NCBI GenBank assembly: GCA_905612485.1
Contig: CAJQSE010000009.1
Span: 20,193 to 84,192, forward strand
From: an uncultured Candidatus Nitrosopumilus sp.
Lineage (GTDB): Archaea; Thermoproteota; Nitrososphaeria; Nitrososphaerales; Nitrosopumilaceae
Length of the DNA stretch: 64,000 nt
Direction of reading: 5' to 3'
Below are positions 13,721 through 23,436 of this stretch, piece by piece; positions within the stretch are counted from its first letter, which is position 1, and every line of letters starts with the position of its first letter. The notes under the pieces are model-generated. The model had not been told where the DNA came from, did not search any database, and saw only the letters and a program-made list of their open reading frames with translations. The translations under genes and the position numbers were made by a program.

Positions 13721-14176
13721 ATGAGTATATCAGATGTAGTAAAGAAAGAAACTATTAAAAAAAATAATCAAATAGAAAATAAAAAAAGTAAAGAAACTGA
13801 ATCAGACTCTATTTCACAAATACTAAAAAATAATACTCACAAGTTTACAAAAAAATTAGAGTCTCAATTACCTCTAAAAATGCAACAGTTCTCTGAACTA
13901 TACACCGCATATCTTCATAGTGTGAACAATACTTTTGATTCTTGTACTATGTGTGAAAAAGAACTCTTTGAAAAACGAGGTATGGATAAAGGATTAATCA
14001 AAGCATTTGGAAAATATACCAAAGTAGGTACAGATAGCATGTTACAACAAATGGGCTATTATGCTCAGTTTAGAAAGTATTCCACAGATGCACAGTTATC
14101 TGCAATGAAGAGTTGGGATAATTTTATGGCATCTATAATTGAATATAATATTAAAATATTTGATCAATTCAAATAA
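13721..14176 (+). CDS. Helical hypothetical protein, possibly phasin-like
   Basis: 151 aa, amphipathic helical composition, P..MQQFSELY pattern loosely like the phasin-like paralogues. Confidence 0.6.
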   Translation: MSISDVVKKETIKKNNQIENKKSKETESDSISQILKNNTHKFTKKLESQLPLKMQQFSELYTAYLHSVNNTFDSCTMCEKELFEKRGMDKGLIKAFGKYTKVGTDSMLQQMGYYAQFRKYSTDAQLSAMKSWDNFMASIIEYNIKIFDQFK

Positions 14177-14252
14177 TTTATTTTTTAAAATCAAATTAAT
14201 TATTATAATATTAGTCACAAACATCAATTAATTTCCTAAATAGCCGACAGAA

Positions 14253-15389
14253 TTGAGAATTATATTGAAATCGGTATTCATTATTACAATAGCAGTTGTT
14301 GCTATGATTGGAGTTATGATTCCAAATATTTTTGCACAACAATTTGATGATTTTGATTATAGTATTCGTGGTGGAGAAGTTTTAGACTTTGAAATTGATT
14401 CTGAGAATACATCTCTACTTATTTTCATTGATGCTAGAGCAAGAGGGGAATTAATCATAACATTACCCAGAGCTATAATTGATGCAAAAATTGGTTCTGA
14501 AGATATTGACTTTGATGTCTTTATTCGTGGAATGAAACTTGCTTCGTATGATGAAACCATTACTCCTTATGATAGAACAATTACTATTCCTTTCAAAAGA
14601 TCAAATGATGAACTATCTATTGTGGGAACCCATATTTTTTCACAACCCGCTGCCACTGTTCAGACACAATCAATAGATCAAACTGTACAATCTGAATTAA
14701 ATGAAAAGATACCTGACGGACAAGCAAAATTATTGATATTTTCTGATACTGAATGGACTGGTGCATTCCAATCTTCAAGTGTTGATTTCACTGAAATAGC
14801 TGGTCAAAATGATGATGATATTCTTTTTGAATGTAATTCTACTTTTGGACAGCAGGCTATGTTTGGTACAAAAATTCAAAAATTAACACAAGATGGCTAC
14901 TTGGAAATTTTTGTAATTCAAAATCAAAAAATAATATCACAAGGCTCTACTGAAGCAAACTTTGGAGAAGTATACCTTACTGACAATTGTATATCTAATT
15001 CGGGCTCTGCCCCTACTCCCGTAGGTGGTGGTTGTCTAATTGCAACTGCAACTTATGGTTCTGAATTAGCTCCACAAGTTCAACAGTTACGAGAGTTAAG
15101 AGACAATCAATTACTAAACACAGAATCTGGAACTGCATTCATGGGAATGTTTAACGATGTTTACTATTCATTTAGTCCAATCATTGCAGATTATGAAAGA
15201 GAAAATCCATACTTTAAAGAAGCAGTAAAACTTGTAATCACTCCGATGATTTCCACTCTATCGCTAATGGAAAATGCGGATTCTGAATCAGAAGTATTAG
15301 GACTTGGACTTTCAGTTATTGCATTAAACCTTGGAATGTATCTTGGAGTTCCAGCTATAGTTATTGTTGGAATTAGAAAAATAAAATAA
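14253..15389 (+). CDS. Secreted/surface protein with CFI-box-CTERM domain
   Basis: N-terminal signal, GELIITLPRAIIDAK domain, GGGCLIATATYGSELAPQVQQLRELRDN and C-terminal TM with basic tail. Confidence 0.9.
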   Translation: MRIILKSVFIITIAVVAMIGVMIPNIFAQQFDDFDYSIRGGEVLDFEIDSENTSLLIFIDARARGELIITLPRAIIDAKIGSEDIDFDVFIRGMKLASYDETITPYDRTITIPFKRSNDELSIVGTHIFSQPAATVQTQSIDQTVQSELNEKIPDGQAKLLIFSDTEWTGAFQSSSVDFTEIAGQNDDDILFECNSTFGQQAMFGTKIQKLTQDGYLEIFVIQNQKIISQGSTEANFGEVYLTDNCISNSGSAPTPVGGGCLIATATYGSELAPQVQQLRELRDNQLLNTESGTAFMGMFNDVYYSFSPIIADYERENPYFKEAVKLVITPMISTLSLMENADSESEVLGLGLSVIALNLGMYLGVPAIVIVGIRKIK

Positions 15390-15398
15390 AAAAACACC

Positions 15399-15839
15399 CT
15401 AGTTTCTTGTAGGAGTGCATGTGGTTATCCAAGATTGGATAATATTTTTGTTCAAATCAGTAAATGCAGCAACATTATCATTAAATGATTTTACATTTTG
15501 TGTGGTTGCATCTATTACAGTTTTTGCAATTTGATTTTGAATTGAGCTAGCTTGAATAATTTGTTTGTTGGAATCAACAATTACAGTTTTTGCAGCTTCA
15601 GGAATATCTGTAGATAATCCAGATTTTTGAGCAAATTCTTGTTGCATTGTGATTGCAGCATCAAATGATTTTTGAGCAGCTTTCATACATTCTTCTTGAA
15701 AATGTGTTGTTGTTTGAAAATATTGAGGAGTATTTTTTGTGATACCATCAAAATATTTTTGTACATTTTGCTTGTAAATTGCAAATACATTGTTTGAGTG
15801 ATTTGTATTTTGAGTTGTTTTTGCTGTTTGTGTACTCAT
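15399..15839 (-). CDS. Phasin-like (PhaP-like) helical protein, intact
   Basis: 146 aa, Q/T/N/A-rich amphipathic helices; homologous to the pseudogene inside the pha locus. Confidence 0.65.
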   Translation of the reverse strand: MSTQTAKTTQNTNHSNNVFAIYKQNVQKYFDGITKNTPQYFQTTTHFQEECMKAAQKSFDAAITMQQEFAQKSGLSTDIPEAAKTVIVDSNKQIIQASSIQNQIAKTVIDATTQNVKSFNDNVAAFTDLNKNIIQSWITTCTPTRN

Positions 15840-15860
15840 ATTTTCAAAGGAATCAAACCA

Positions 15861-15900
15861 GTATATATACTATTGGTAATGAATGGTAATAAATGGTAAT
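15861..15900 (-). promoter_or_regulatory. TATA box plus three phased TGGTAAT direct repeats (10-bp period) upstream of the phasin-like gene
   Basis: gtatatatac-tattggtaat-gaatggtaat-aaatggtaat. Confidence 0.6.
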
Positions 15901-16033
15901 AAAAGACACACATTCCCAAAAAATTAACTAATTTTAAAAAATAACTCTTCTTATTGTATTGCAAACTGTATGCCAACGTGTTTTTTTAGAATCATATATT
16001 CAGATTTTTATAAAATAGCATTTACAGATAGAC

Positions 16034-16153
16034 ATGGAAAAGAAAAAAGATGCAAAAGAAGCCTATGCAACAGAGAATCCAACAAATACATCTGCAGAAA
16101 AACAAGAAGAAATGGCAAAAGAGGCAATAAAAAAATTCAAATCATTGAATTAA
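16034..16153 (+). CDS. 39-aa small protein
   Basis: MEKKKDAKEAYATENPTNTSAEKQEEMAKEAIKKFKSLN*; TATA-like ttttataaaa upstream; plus-strand codon bias. Confidence 0.6.
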   Translation: MEKKKDAKEAYATENPTNTSAEKQEEMAKEAIKKFKSLN

Positions 16154-16190
16154 GATAAACTTTCATTAGCAATAGTTTTCTCATAAAAAT

Positions 16191-17012
16191 ATGGGGTTAT
16201 TTGGATCAAAAGAAAATCCAGAAGATATCAGGTATAATGCAATGTCCATGATGGAAAGAAATCAACCAAAAGCAGCAGTTTCATTATTTAATAAAATTCT
16301 AAAACAAAATTCAACAGATACAGGGGCACTGTTTAACAAAGGATTAGCATTAAATCAAATTAAAAAATACAGTGATGCAGTTACCTGTTTTGATAAAGTA
16401 TTAGAGATTAATCCAAATGATGCTCAAGCATTAAACAACAAAGGAATTGCAATGGCAGAAAATGGGAATATTCAAGCAGCTTCTGAATGTTATGATGCAG
16501 CAATTGTAGCTGATCCAAAATATGCAGCGTCATTTTTTAATAAAGGAGTTTTACTAGATAAACTTCAAGAATGTGAACTAGCATTAACTGTATTAGAAAA
16601 AGCAATTTCAATAGATCCAAGAAAACCAAATGCAATGGTCTACAAAGGAATTGTTTTAGGAAAATTAAAACGACATGAAGAAGCACTCAATTGTTTTCAA
16701 AATATTTGTAAGAAATACCCTAACAATCAAGATGCATTTTTTCAAAAAGGGGTTCAGTTAGCAGAGTTAGGAAAACATGAAAAAGCACTAGATGTTTTTG
16801 AGGAAATTCTAAAAAAATACAAAGATAATGTAAATGTTATTTATGCAAAATCTAGAAGTAAAGCAGCATTAAAGAAATATCCAGAGGCATTAGAATTATT
16901 AAAACAAGCAATTTCAAGAAACCCAAAAATAATCCGTAGTTGGGCAAAAGAAGAACCAGTTTTTACAACATTACATAATAATGATAAATTTAGAGCATTA
17001 GTAAAACTATAA
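16191..17012 (+). CDS. Tetratricopeptide repeat protein
   Basis: Several A..NKG..L.....Y..A...FD repeats. Confidence 0.92.
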   Translation: MGLFGSKENPEDIRYNAMSMMERNQPKAAVSLFNKILKQNSTDTGALFNKGLALNQIKKYSDAVTCFDKVLEINPNDAQALNNKGIAMAENGNIQAASECYDAAIVADPKYAASFFNKGVLLDKLQECELALTVLEKAISIDPRKPNAMVYKGIVLGKLKRHEEALNCFQNICKKYPNNQDAFFQKGVQLAELGKHEKALDVFEEILKKYKDNVNVIYAKSRSKAALKKYPEALELLKQAISRNPKIIRSWAKEEPVFTTLHNNDKFRALVKL

Positions 17013-17738
17013 AATTTTGTTACGTACAGCATCGATTCTAATTATACTAACTTTCTTTTTTGGTCCAATCAATCGTGCTTCATAAATGGGAACATATACT
17101 TTATTAATTTCACGCAATACAAATTCTTCTTCAATCTTTCTTACTTCGTCATCTAAAGGTTTTTTTAAAAAAGTTTGTAATTTTTTAATTGCATCGTCAT
17201 GTGTGAGTTCACAATTTTTTACATTTGATGAATTCTTTTCTAATAATCGATTAGGGTAATTTTCAGTTGTTTTAGAATTCAATTTAAAAGGAAATTTAAT
17301 TGCCCCGCCATGATGATCAAATGTTAATTCATCCTCATTTTCAACAAATACATGTTCTTCTAATTTTAAATCCACTTTATTTTTACCACGTTTTCCTACA
17401 ATTGCTTTTTTAAAATTGGATTTAGTTTTCACTGGAAAAACATCAGCGCCTAAAACTACTTCAGATACATTAGAGGGAACAGAAATGGAATGAGTTGCTT
17501 TTCTAAAATAATTTGCCATGTATTTACCAGATACCAATAAAATACATTCATAGTATAATTTAACCGAGTGAATGTGAATATCACTTTTTTTTGGGCGTGA
17601 GAATAGGGATTTAAACAAAGCAGTTTTTTTATCTTCGAGAATTTCTAAAACTTTAGTTTCATCAATTTTTTTTCTTAAAACTAGTGTTTTTTGATCATGA
17701 TTCTTTTTCAAAACTATACAAAAGATACAAGTCATCAT
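17007..17738 (-). CDS. Conserved hypothetical protein (true start probably downstream)
   Basis: 243-aa ORF ending VYVPIYEARL...IRIDAV. Confidence 0.7.
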   Translation of the reverse strand: MMTCIFCIVLKKNHDQKTLVLRKKIDETKVLEILEDKKTALFKSLFSRPKKSDIHIHSVKLYYECILLVSGKYMANYFRKATHSISVPSNVSEVVLGADVFPVKTKSNFKKAIVGKRGKNKVDLKLEEHVFVENEDELTFDHHGGAIKFPFKLNSKTTENYPNRLLEKNSSNVKNCELTHDDAIKKLQTFLKKPLDDEVRKIEEEFVLREINKVYVPIYEARLIGPKKKVSIIRIDAVRNKIL

Positions 17739-17829
17739 ATTAAACCAATTCTGATTTATAGAATATCATAGTATTAAATAGAAAAAAATTCCAAACAAAG
17801 AAAAAGAGGTTATTTCAATAAAAAAAATA

Positions 17830-18285
17830 ATGAAAAAGTCAAACATTAATGGTTCAACAGACAAAAGAAGTGTCAATCCAGAATGGTTTACTGGTAAAAC
17901 ATGGATGAAAGTACTCTCAGAAAAAATTAAAACAAAAGATCAAGATATCTATCATGTTCATTTTGAAAAAGGGTCTAAAACAAAACTTCACTTTCATAAT
18001 GGAAATCAAATATTAATGACAGTAAAAGGAAAAGGTAGTTTAGAAATTTTTAAAAAATTTGGTTCAAAAAAATCAGAATTTAAAATTAAAAGAACTGAAA
18101 GAATTAATCTTAATGAAGGAGATATTGTTCACATTCCAGCAAAAACACTCCATACACATGGTTCCATTGATGAAAAGAAAGAATTTTCACATGTTGCAAT
18201 CAACATATTACCTAAAAAAAATGTAACATACAAAACAACTTGGTACGAGTCAGATTTTAGAAATAAAGTTACAAAAATCATTTAG
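17830..18285 (+). CDS. Cupin domain protein
   Basis: LHFH..QIL and GDIVHIPAKTLHTHG cupin motifs. Confidence 0.88.
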   Translation: MKKSNINGSTDKRSVNPEWFTGKTWMKVLSEKIKTKDQDIYHVHFEKGSKTKLHFHNGNQILMTVKGKGSLEIFKKFGSKKSEFKIKRTERINLNEGDIVHIPAKTLHTHGSIDEKKEFSHVAINILPKKNVTYKTTWYESDFRNKVTKII

Positions 18286-18290
18286 AAATA

Positions 18291-18653
18291 ATGTCAATAA
18301 AGGAAGATTCAAAAATTGAATTTATAGACGGAGAGGAAGGAGCAAAATTTAAACAATATTTTGATCCCCATAATACACTAAATGGAATTAATTACAGTAT
18401 AGCACAGTTTTCATTAGAAGTTGGGAAAAAAACAAAACTTCACAAAATCAAATCATCTGAAATTTACTATATTTTAGAAGGTGAAGGAAAGTTAAAAATG
18501 GATGATCATGTGTTTGATTTAAAAATAAATGATTCTGCATATGTTCCTCCAAACTCAAAACAATTTATTGAGAATATTGGATCAAAAAAATTACGTTTTT
18601 TATGCATTGTGGAACCAGCATGGAAAGTAGTAGATGATGAAATTTTGGAATAA
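18291..18653 (+). CDS. Cupin domain protein
   Basis: LHKIKSSEIYYILEGEG, YVPPNSKQ. Confidence 0.88.
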   Translation: MSIKEDSKIEFIDGEEGAKFKQYFDPHNTLNGINYSIAQFSLEVGKKTKLHKIKSSEIYYILEGEGKLKMDDHVFDLKINDSAYVPPNSKQFIENIGSKKLRFLCIVEPAWKVVDDEILE

Positions 18654-18704
18654 GATAATAAAATACTAACAATTATTTTTAACATATGAGGAATTAGAAC
18701 TAGT

Positions 18705-19373
18705 ATGAATAGGCGAGAAGCATTATTGACATTAAATGTTAATCAGAATTCATCACAAGAAGAAATCAAAACAGCATATAGAAAAATGGCACTAGAATTA
18801 CATCCAGATAAAAATAAAGAAAAAAATGAAGATACTCAATTCAAAAAAATTACAGAAGCATATAATTTTCTAAAAAAGAATGAAAAAAATGATACAGAAT
18901 ATCAACAAGCAAAACAAAATTCAGGAAATCAAAGAGTCAAACCAAAACCACAATGGGGAGCACCAAATGATGGGAGAATTCCAGAACAAGATTGGGGGAA
19001 ATATACACGTGAATTTGAAGAAGGAGATCCAACTTTTTGGAAAGAATATGAAAAAAAGTTTTGGGAAGATTACAATGCACGGGTAAGAGCAGACGGTAAA
19101 AATGGAGAATATGAAAAAGCAAGAGAACCAAGTAAACAACCAGATCTTCAAGTTGGAGTAGACAAATCATTATGTATTGGTTGTTGTAGTTGTGAGATTA
19201 TTGCACCAGGGGTATTTGAAATAGACAAAGAAAGTCAAACAAATCCTAAATCAAAAGTCATTAATCAAAAAGGAGCTGGAGTAAATAAAATTATGAATGC
19301 AGCTGAAACATGTCCAACAAAAGCAATCAGTGTAGAAAATATTAGAACAAAAGAAAAATTATTCCCATATTAA
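18705..19373 (+). CDS. DnaJ-ferredoxin fusion (J domain + 4Fe-4S ferredoxin)
   Basis: J domain with HPD; C-terminal CIGCCSC...CPTKAI. Confidence 0.92.
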   Translation: MNRREALLTLNVNQNSSQEEIKTAYRKMALELHPDKNKEKNEDTQFKKITEAYNFLKKNEKNDTEYQQAKQNSGNQRVKPKPQWGAPNDGRIPEQDWGKYTREFEEGDPTFWKEYEKKFWEDYNARVRADGKNGEYEKAREPSKQPDLQVGVDKSLCIGCCSCEIIAPGVFEIDKESQTNPKSKVINQKGAGVNKIMNAAETCPTKAISVENIRTKEKLFPY

Positions 19374-19777
19374 ATTTTTAATAAATTATAATATTTTTCA
19401 ATTTCAGAATCAGATAATTTCAAAGAGGTGTTAAACATACTATGAACAGGTCCAGCTGAATCAGATTTAGATCTTGGAATTAAATGTACATGAACATGAG
19501 GTACTTCTTGACCAGCATTTTCTCCATTATGTATTGCAAGTAAAGTTGAACCAGTGAGAGAATCAACTTTAGACATCATAGTATGAACTAAAGAAAATAA
19601 ATCAGAATTCTCAGCACTAGACATATCTTGAATTTTTTTGTGATGATTTTTTGGAATAACCAATACATGGCCATTTGTAAGTGGGAATGCATCCAAAAAA
19701 CAAATAGAATGAGACGTTTCATTAAGAATTTTTGCAGGAACTTGTTTTGAGATGATTTTACAAAAAATACAATCCAT
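19370..19777 (-). CDS. HIT family nucleotide hydrolase
   Basis: CIFCKI, HVHVH triad. Confidence 0.95.
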   Translation of the reverse strand: MDCIFCKIISKQVPAKILNETSHSICFLDAFPLTNGHVLVIPKNHHKKIQDMSSAENSDLFSLVHTMMSKVDSLTGSTLLAIHNGENAGQEVPHVHVHLIPRSKSDSAGPVHSMFNTSLKLSDSEIEKYYNLLKI

Positions 19778-19814
19778 GATTATAAAATTAATTTTTTAAA
19801 TATCAAAGTATCTA

Positions 19815-20093
19815 TCATGGAGTAACAACATTAGCCCATGCCAAATCCTTTCCAAATTTTATTGTAACCTCATCACCAGCATCGAAGTTACAATTGTCAA
19901 TAGTTTTAGGAACATCATCAATAGTTTCTACATAACAAGTACCATTATCATTACTTAAAATAACAACATCCTCAAAAACATCTTCACGAATTAAATGCCA
20001 GAATGGGAAAACCATTGTAGACAAAACAATTCCAGCAGCCAAAAAAGCACATCCAAAAACTAAACCTTGTTGTTGACTAGAACTTAACTTCAT
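19815..20093 (-). CDS. Membrane-anchored hypothetical protein
   Basis: Likely start MKLSSSQQQG just after the upstream zinc-finger stop; one TM segment and a Cys pair. Confidence 0.7.
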   Translation of the reverse strand: MKLSSSQQQGLVFGCAFLAAGIVLSTMVFPFWHLIREDVFEDVVILSNDNGTCYVETIDDVPKTIDNCNFDAGDEVTIKFGKDLAWANVVTP

Positions 20094-20094
20094 T

Positions 20095-20262
20095 TTACCA
20101 TGTACCGCCGTCCCCACCATTAGGATCTAATTTTTTGGCAGGCACGTTGCCATGTGCTTTTTTCATGTGCTTCTTTAATCTCTCAGGATCATGTAACTCA
20201 GTTCCACAAACATCACATTTTGTTTTAGTCCCATTAGATTTGTTGCGATTAAACAAGCCCAT
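20095..20262 (-). CDS. 55-aa C2H2 zinc-finger protein (not in ORF track)
   Basis: MGLFNRNKSNGTKTKCDVCGTELHDPERLKKHMKKAHG...GTW*. Confidence 0.8.
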   Translation of the reverse strand: MGLFNRNKSNGTKTKCDVCGTELHDPERLKKHMKKAHGNVPAKKLDPNGGDGGTW

Positions 20263-20317
20263 AATATCACAATGATGAAGAAATACATTATAAAGGATAC
20301 TGAATTTTTGTCAATTC

Positions 20318-21457
20318 ATGTTAATAAAAAATATCACAGTATTAGGCTCAGGGGTTATGGGTCACGGTATTGCTCAAGTTTCAGCAACTGCAGGATATAA
20401 TGTAGTTTTACGAGATATCAAACAAGAATTTTTAGATAAAGCAATGGAGAAAATAAAATGGAGTTTAGATAAACTAGTTTCTAAAGAAAAAATATCAAAA
20501 GGGGAATCTAATGCAATTTTTTCAAGAATAATTCCAATTGTAGATTTGAAAGAGGCAGTAAAGAATGCAGAAATGATAATAGAAGTAGTTCCAGAAATAA
20601 TGGAATTAAAGAAAAAAGTATATGCAGAATTAGATAAAGTGGCAGGACCAGATGTAATATTTGCATCAAATACAAGTACATTACCAATTACAGAAATAGC
20701 AAATACAACATCACGTCCAGAAAAATTTATAGGAATTCATTTTTTCAATCCGCCACAATTAATGAAGTTAGTTGAAATAATTCCAGGAGAAAAAACAACT
20801 CAAGCAATTACAGATTTAACTCAAGAATATGTGAAATCAGTAAATAAGCAAGCCGTACTATGTAGAAAAGATGTTCCAGGGTTTATCATCAACAGATTAT
20901 TTATTCCAATGGTTCATGAAGCATGTTATGCTCAAGATAGAACAAATTCAACATTAGAAGAAATTGATTCAGCTGTGAAATTTAAACTAGGGTTTCCAAT
21001 GGGAATATTTGAGTTAGCAGACTTTACTGGAATGGATGTAATTCATAAAGCTACAGTAGAGATGCACTTACGAGATAAAAAAGTGATCAATCCACATCCA
21101 ACAGTTGAAAAAATGTTTGATGAAAAGAAACTAGGACAAAAATCAGGTGAAGGGTATTACAAATATTCTGACGATAAATATGAAAGGGTTGCACTATCTA
21201 AAGAATTAGCAGAAAAATTTAACCCCATTCAACTAGTAGCAAATGTTCTAAACAATGCTGCATGGTTAATTACAAATGGTGCAAGCGATATTACTGAAAT
21301 TGAAAAAGCGGCACAATTAGGATTAGGATTAAAAAAACCATTATTTGAAACTGCAAAAGAAATTGGAATTAAAAATATCGTTGATGAATTAAATAAACTT
21401 GAAAAAGAGCATGGTGAGTTTTACAAACCAGATCCTTTGCTAATTTCTATGCAGTAA
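20318..21457 (+). CDS. 3-hydroxyacyl/(S)-3-hydroxybutyryl-CoA dehydrogenase
   Basis: GSGVMGHG Rossmann, SNTSTL, GIHFFNP, PGFIINR; duplicated C-terminal domain. Confidence 0.93.
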   Translation: MLIKNITVLGSGVMGHGIAQVSATAGYNVVLRDIKQEFLDKAMEKIKWSLDKLVSKEKISKGESNAIFSRIIPIVDLKEAVKNAEMIIEVVPEIMELKKKVYAELDKVAGPDVIFASNTSTLPITEIANTTSRPEKFIGIHFFNPPQLMKLVEIIPGEKTTQAITDLTQEYVKSVNKQAVLCRKDVPGFIINRLFIPMVHEACYAQDRTNSTLEEIDSAVKFKLGFPMGIFELADFTGMDVIHKATVEMHLRDKKVINPHPTVEKMFDEKKLGQKSGEGYYKYSDDKYERVALSKELAEKFNPIQLVANVLNNAAWLITNGASDITEIEKAAQLGLGLKKPLFETAKEIGIKNIVDELNKLEKEHGEFYKPDPLLISMQ

Positions 21458-21956
21458 TTAGTTTTAAAATTTTTTCAACTGCCTCTTTTGCAGTATCAGC
21501 ACCAATAATTTTTACATTTTTCCTATGATCGACATATCCATCAATGTATGGAGTAATAGAACTTTCAATTCCTCTAATTGCAACCATGGGTTTTTTGCTC
21601 ATATATGCAGCACACACTTCAGATAAAGTTCCAGAACCACCGCCAACAATTATCACACCATCAGCAGATAAGGCATTAAGAAAATCACGAGTAAACCCCA
21701 TTCCAGAAGGAATCACAATATCACAATAATCATTAGCAAATTTAGGATCATCTTGAGGTAATATTCCAACAGTAATTCCATTGCCATCTTTTGCACCATG
21801 AGAACAAGCATTCATCACACCGCCTAAACCACCAGTAATCAAAACAGAATTAGATTTTGCAATTTCAACTCCCACATCATATGCAATTTTTTCATGTTTA
21901 GGAGTGCATCCGTTAGTATTATTTCCAATAACTAAGATCTGTCTTTTCTTTATCAC
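21447..21956 (-). CDS. LOG/TIGR00725 family protein
   Basis: TGGLGGVM, VGILP, GGGSGTLSE. Confidence 0.88.
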   Translation of the reverse strand: MIKKRQILVIGNNTNGCTPKHEKIAYDVGVEIAKSNSVLITGGLGGVMNACSHGAKDGNGITVGILPQDDPKFANDYCDIVIPSGMGFTRDFLNALSADGVIIVGGGSGTLSEVCAAYMSKKPMVAIRGIESSITPYIDGYVDHRKNVKIIGADTAKEAVEKILKLITA

Positions 21957-22030
21957 AGAAGATCTAAAAGAAACTGTTTCAAATATGTTCGTAGAGAAAA
22001 AGATATTAGGGAATTAGATGAATTATCACT

Positions 22031-22150
22031 ATGAAAGCACGTTCAATGCCAGTATGTTTTAGTGAAAAACAATACAAAATGATTGAAGAATTTGCCAAGA
22101 AGAATGGCATGATTAATGTCAGTCAAGCTCTTGAAAAAATCCTTAATTAA
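22031..22150 (+). CDS. 39-aa ribbon-helix-helix (CopG-like) protein
   Basis: MKARSMPVCFSEKQYKMIEEFAKKNGMINVSQALEKILN* fits the RHH strand-helix-G-helix pattern. Confidence 0.65.
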   Translation: MKARSMPVCFSEKQYKMIEEFAKKNGMINVSQALEKILN

Positions 22151-22273
22151 TGATCAATTTTTGTAATTTTTAATTATTTTTATTATTCAACATGATTTTA
22201 GTATCAATTTAGCAACAGTTTGAATGGGTTGTTTACATTTAATAATTAAATATTTTAAAATTAAATGAAAAGC

Positions 22274-22684
22274 ATGGGACTATTTACTAAAAAACCAGCA
22301 TATTGTGTAGTATGCAATAAGGAACTAACACATAAACATAAACCAAAAAAAGAATGGAATTTGAAAGGGTTACTATGTGGAGATTGTCATTTTGATAAAT
22401 CAAAAGAATACTATGAAGGTCAAGTAAGACAACCATGTATAAAATGTAAGTTAACACAAAAAATTACGGATTTGTGGGAACCAAGATGGCAATGGGATAT
22501 GGAGGGACTCCTATGTAAGAATTGTTTTGATCAAAAAGAAAAAGATTTTGCTCAAAAGAAAAACTTTTGTTCATTATGCGATACCAAAATGGGTTTAATC
22601 AGACATAATCCAAAAAATCATTGGAAAGTAGAAGGTCAATTATGTGGAAAATGCTGGGATAAAAAGAAAGCTGAGTTCGGCTAA
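22274..22684 (+). CDS. Multi-zinc-finger protein (three CxxC...LCxxC modules)
   Basis: CVVC..LCGDC, CIKC..LCKNC, CSLC..LCGKC. Confidence 0.85.
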   Translation: MGLFTKKPAYCVVCNKELTHKHKPKKEWNLKGLLCGDCHFDKSKEYYEGQVRQPCIKCKLTQKITDLWEPRWQWDMEGLLCKNCFDQKEKDFAQKKNFCSLCDTKMGLIRHNPKNHWKVEGQLCGKCWDKKKAEFG

Positions 22685-22686
22685 AA

Positions 22687-22884
22687 GTGAATTTTTTTAA
22701 AAAACATCAATGTGATAAATGTGATAAAAAATTTTTAAAAGAAGAAGAACTAATGAATCACCAACAGATAATTCATGGTAAAGATTTGGAATATGACTGT
22801 AAAAAATGTAACAAAAATTTTTCAAATATGGAAGATATGAGAACTCATTTACAAAAAGAACATAGTTACAAAAAGAACAGATAA
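22687..22884 (+). CDS. Double C2H2 zinc-finger protein
   Basis: CDKCDKKF...HQQIIH and CKKCNKNF...HLQKEH. Confidence 0.88.
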   Translation: MNFFKKHQCDKCDKKFLKEEELMNHQQIIHGKDLEYDCKKCNKNFSNMEDMRTHLQKEHSYKKNR

Positions 22885-23079
22885 CTAAACTGCTTTAACA
22901 GTTTTGACAACTGCAGGTCTAACTTTTGTAAATACTCTGAATCCACAAATACATTTGATTTCAGGTAAACGAGATAGTTCAGTATTGGAAACAACAGTTC
23001 CACACCTTAAGCAAGCATAATTTACATCAAATGTTTCTGCAGTGGTTTCTTCTATTTCATCAGTAATTTCTTCAACCAT
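22885..23079 (-). CDS. rpo12: RNA polymerase subunit Rpo12 (P)
   Basis: YACLRCG...IKCICGFRVFTKVRP zinc ribbon. Confidence 0.85.
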   Translation of the reverse strand: MVEEITDEIEETTAETFDVNYACLRCGTVVSNTELSRLPEIKCICGFRVFTKVRPAVVKTVKAV

Positions 23080-23118
23080 GTTTATCATCAATAATTTCTA
23101 TAATTTAAGGATACCAAA

Positions 23119-23427
23119 TCATGTTAAAGATAATTCAATATAGACATCATCAGGAATTTTAAGTCTCATTAATTGTCTAATTGCTTTGTCATCAGCATTA
23201 ATATTGATTATTCTTCTGTGCATCCGCATTTCCCATTTCTCATAAGTTTCAGTGCCACTACCGCAAGGAGATTTTCTTGTAGCAATATGTAATCTTTTTA
23301 CAGGAAGTGGAGTAGGACCTTTCACTTTAACACCTGTTTTTTTACCAATACCCATTATCTCATTACATACAACATCTAGTTTAGGTAGACTTGTAGAAGT
23401 GAGTTTAACACGGGCAGTTTGTGTCAT
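23119..23427 (-). CDS. rps10: 30S ribosomal protein S10 (uS10)
   Basis: GPTPLP, RKSPCGSG, MRMHRRII. Confidence 0.97.
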   Translation of the reverse strand: MTQTARVKLTSTSLPKLDVVCNEIMGIGKKTGVKVKGPTPLPVKRLHIATRKSPCGSGTETYEKWEMRMHRRIININADDKAIRQLMRLKIPDDVYIELSLT

Positions 23428-23436
23428 AAAAAATGC

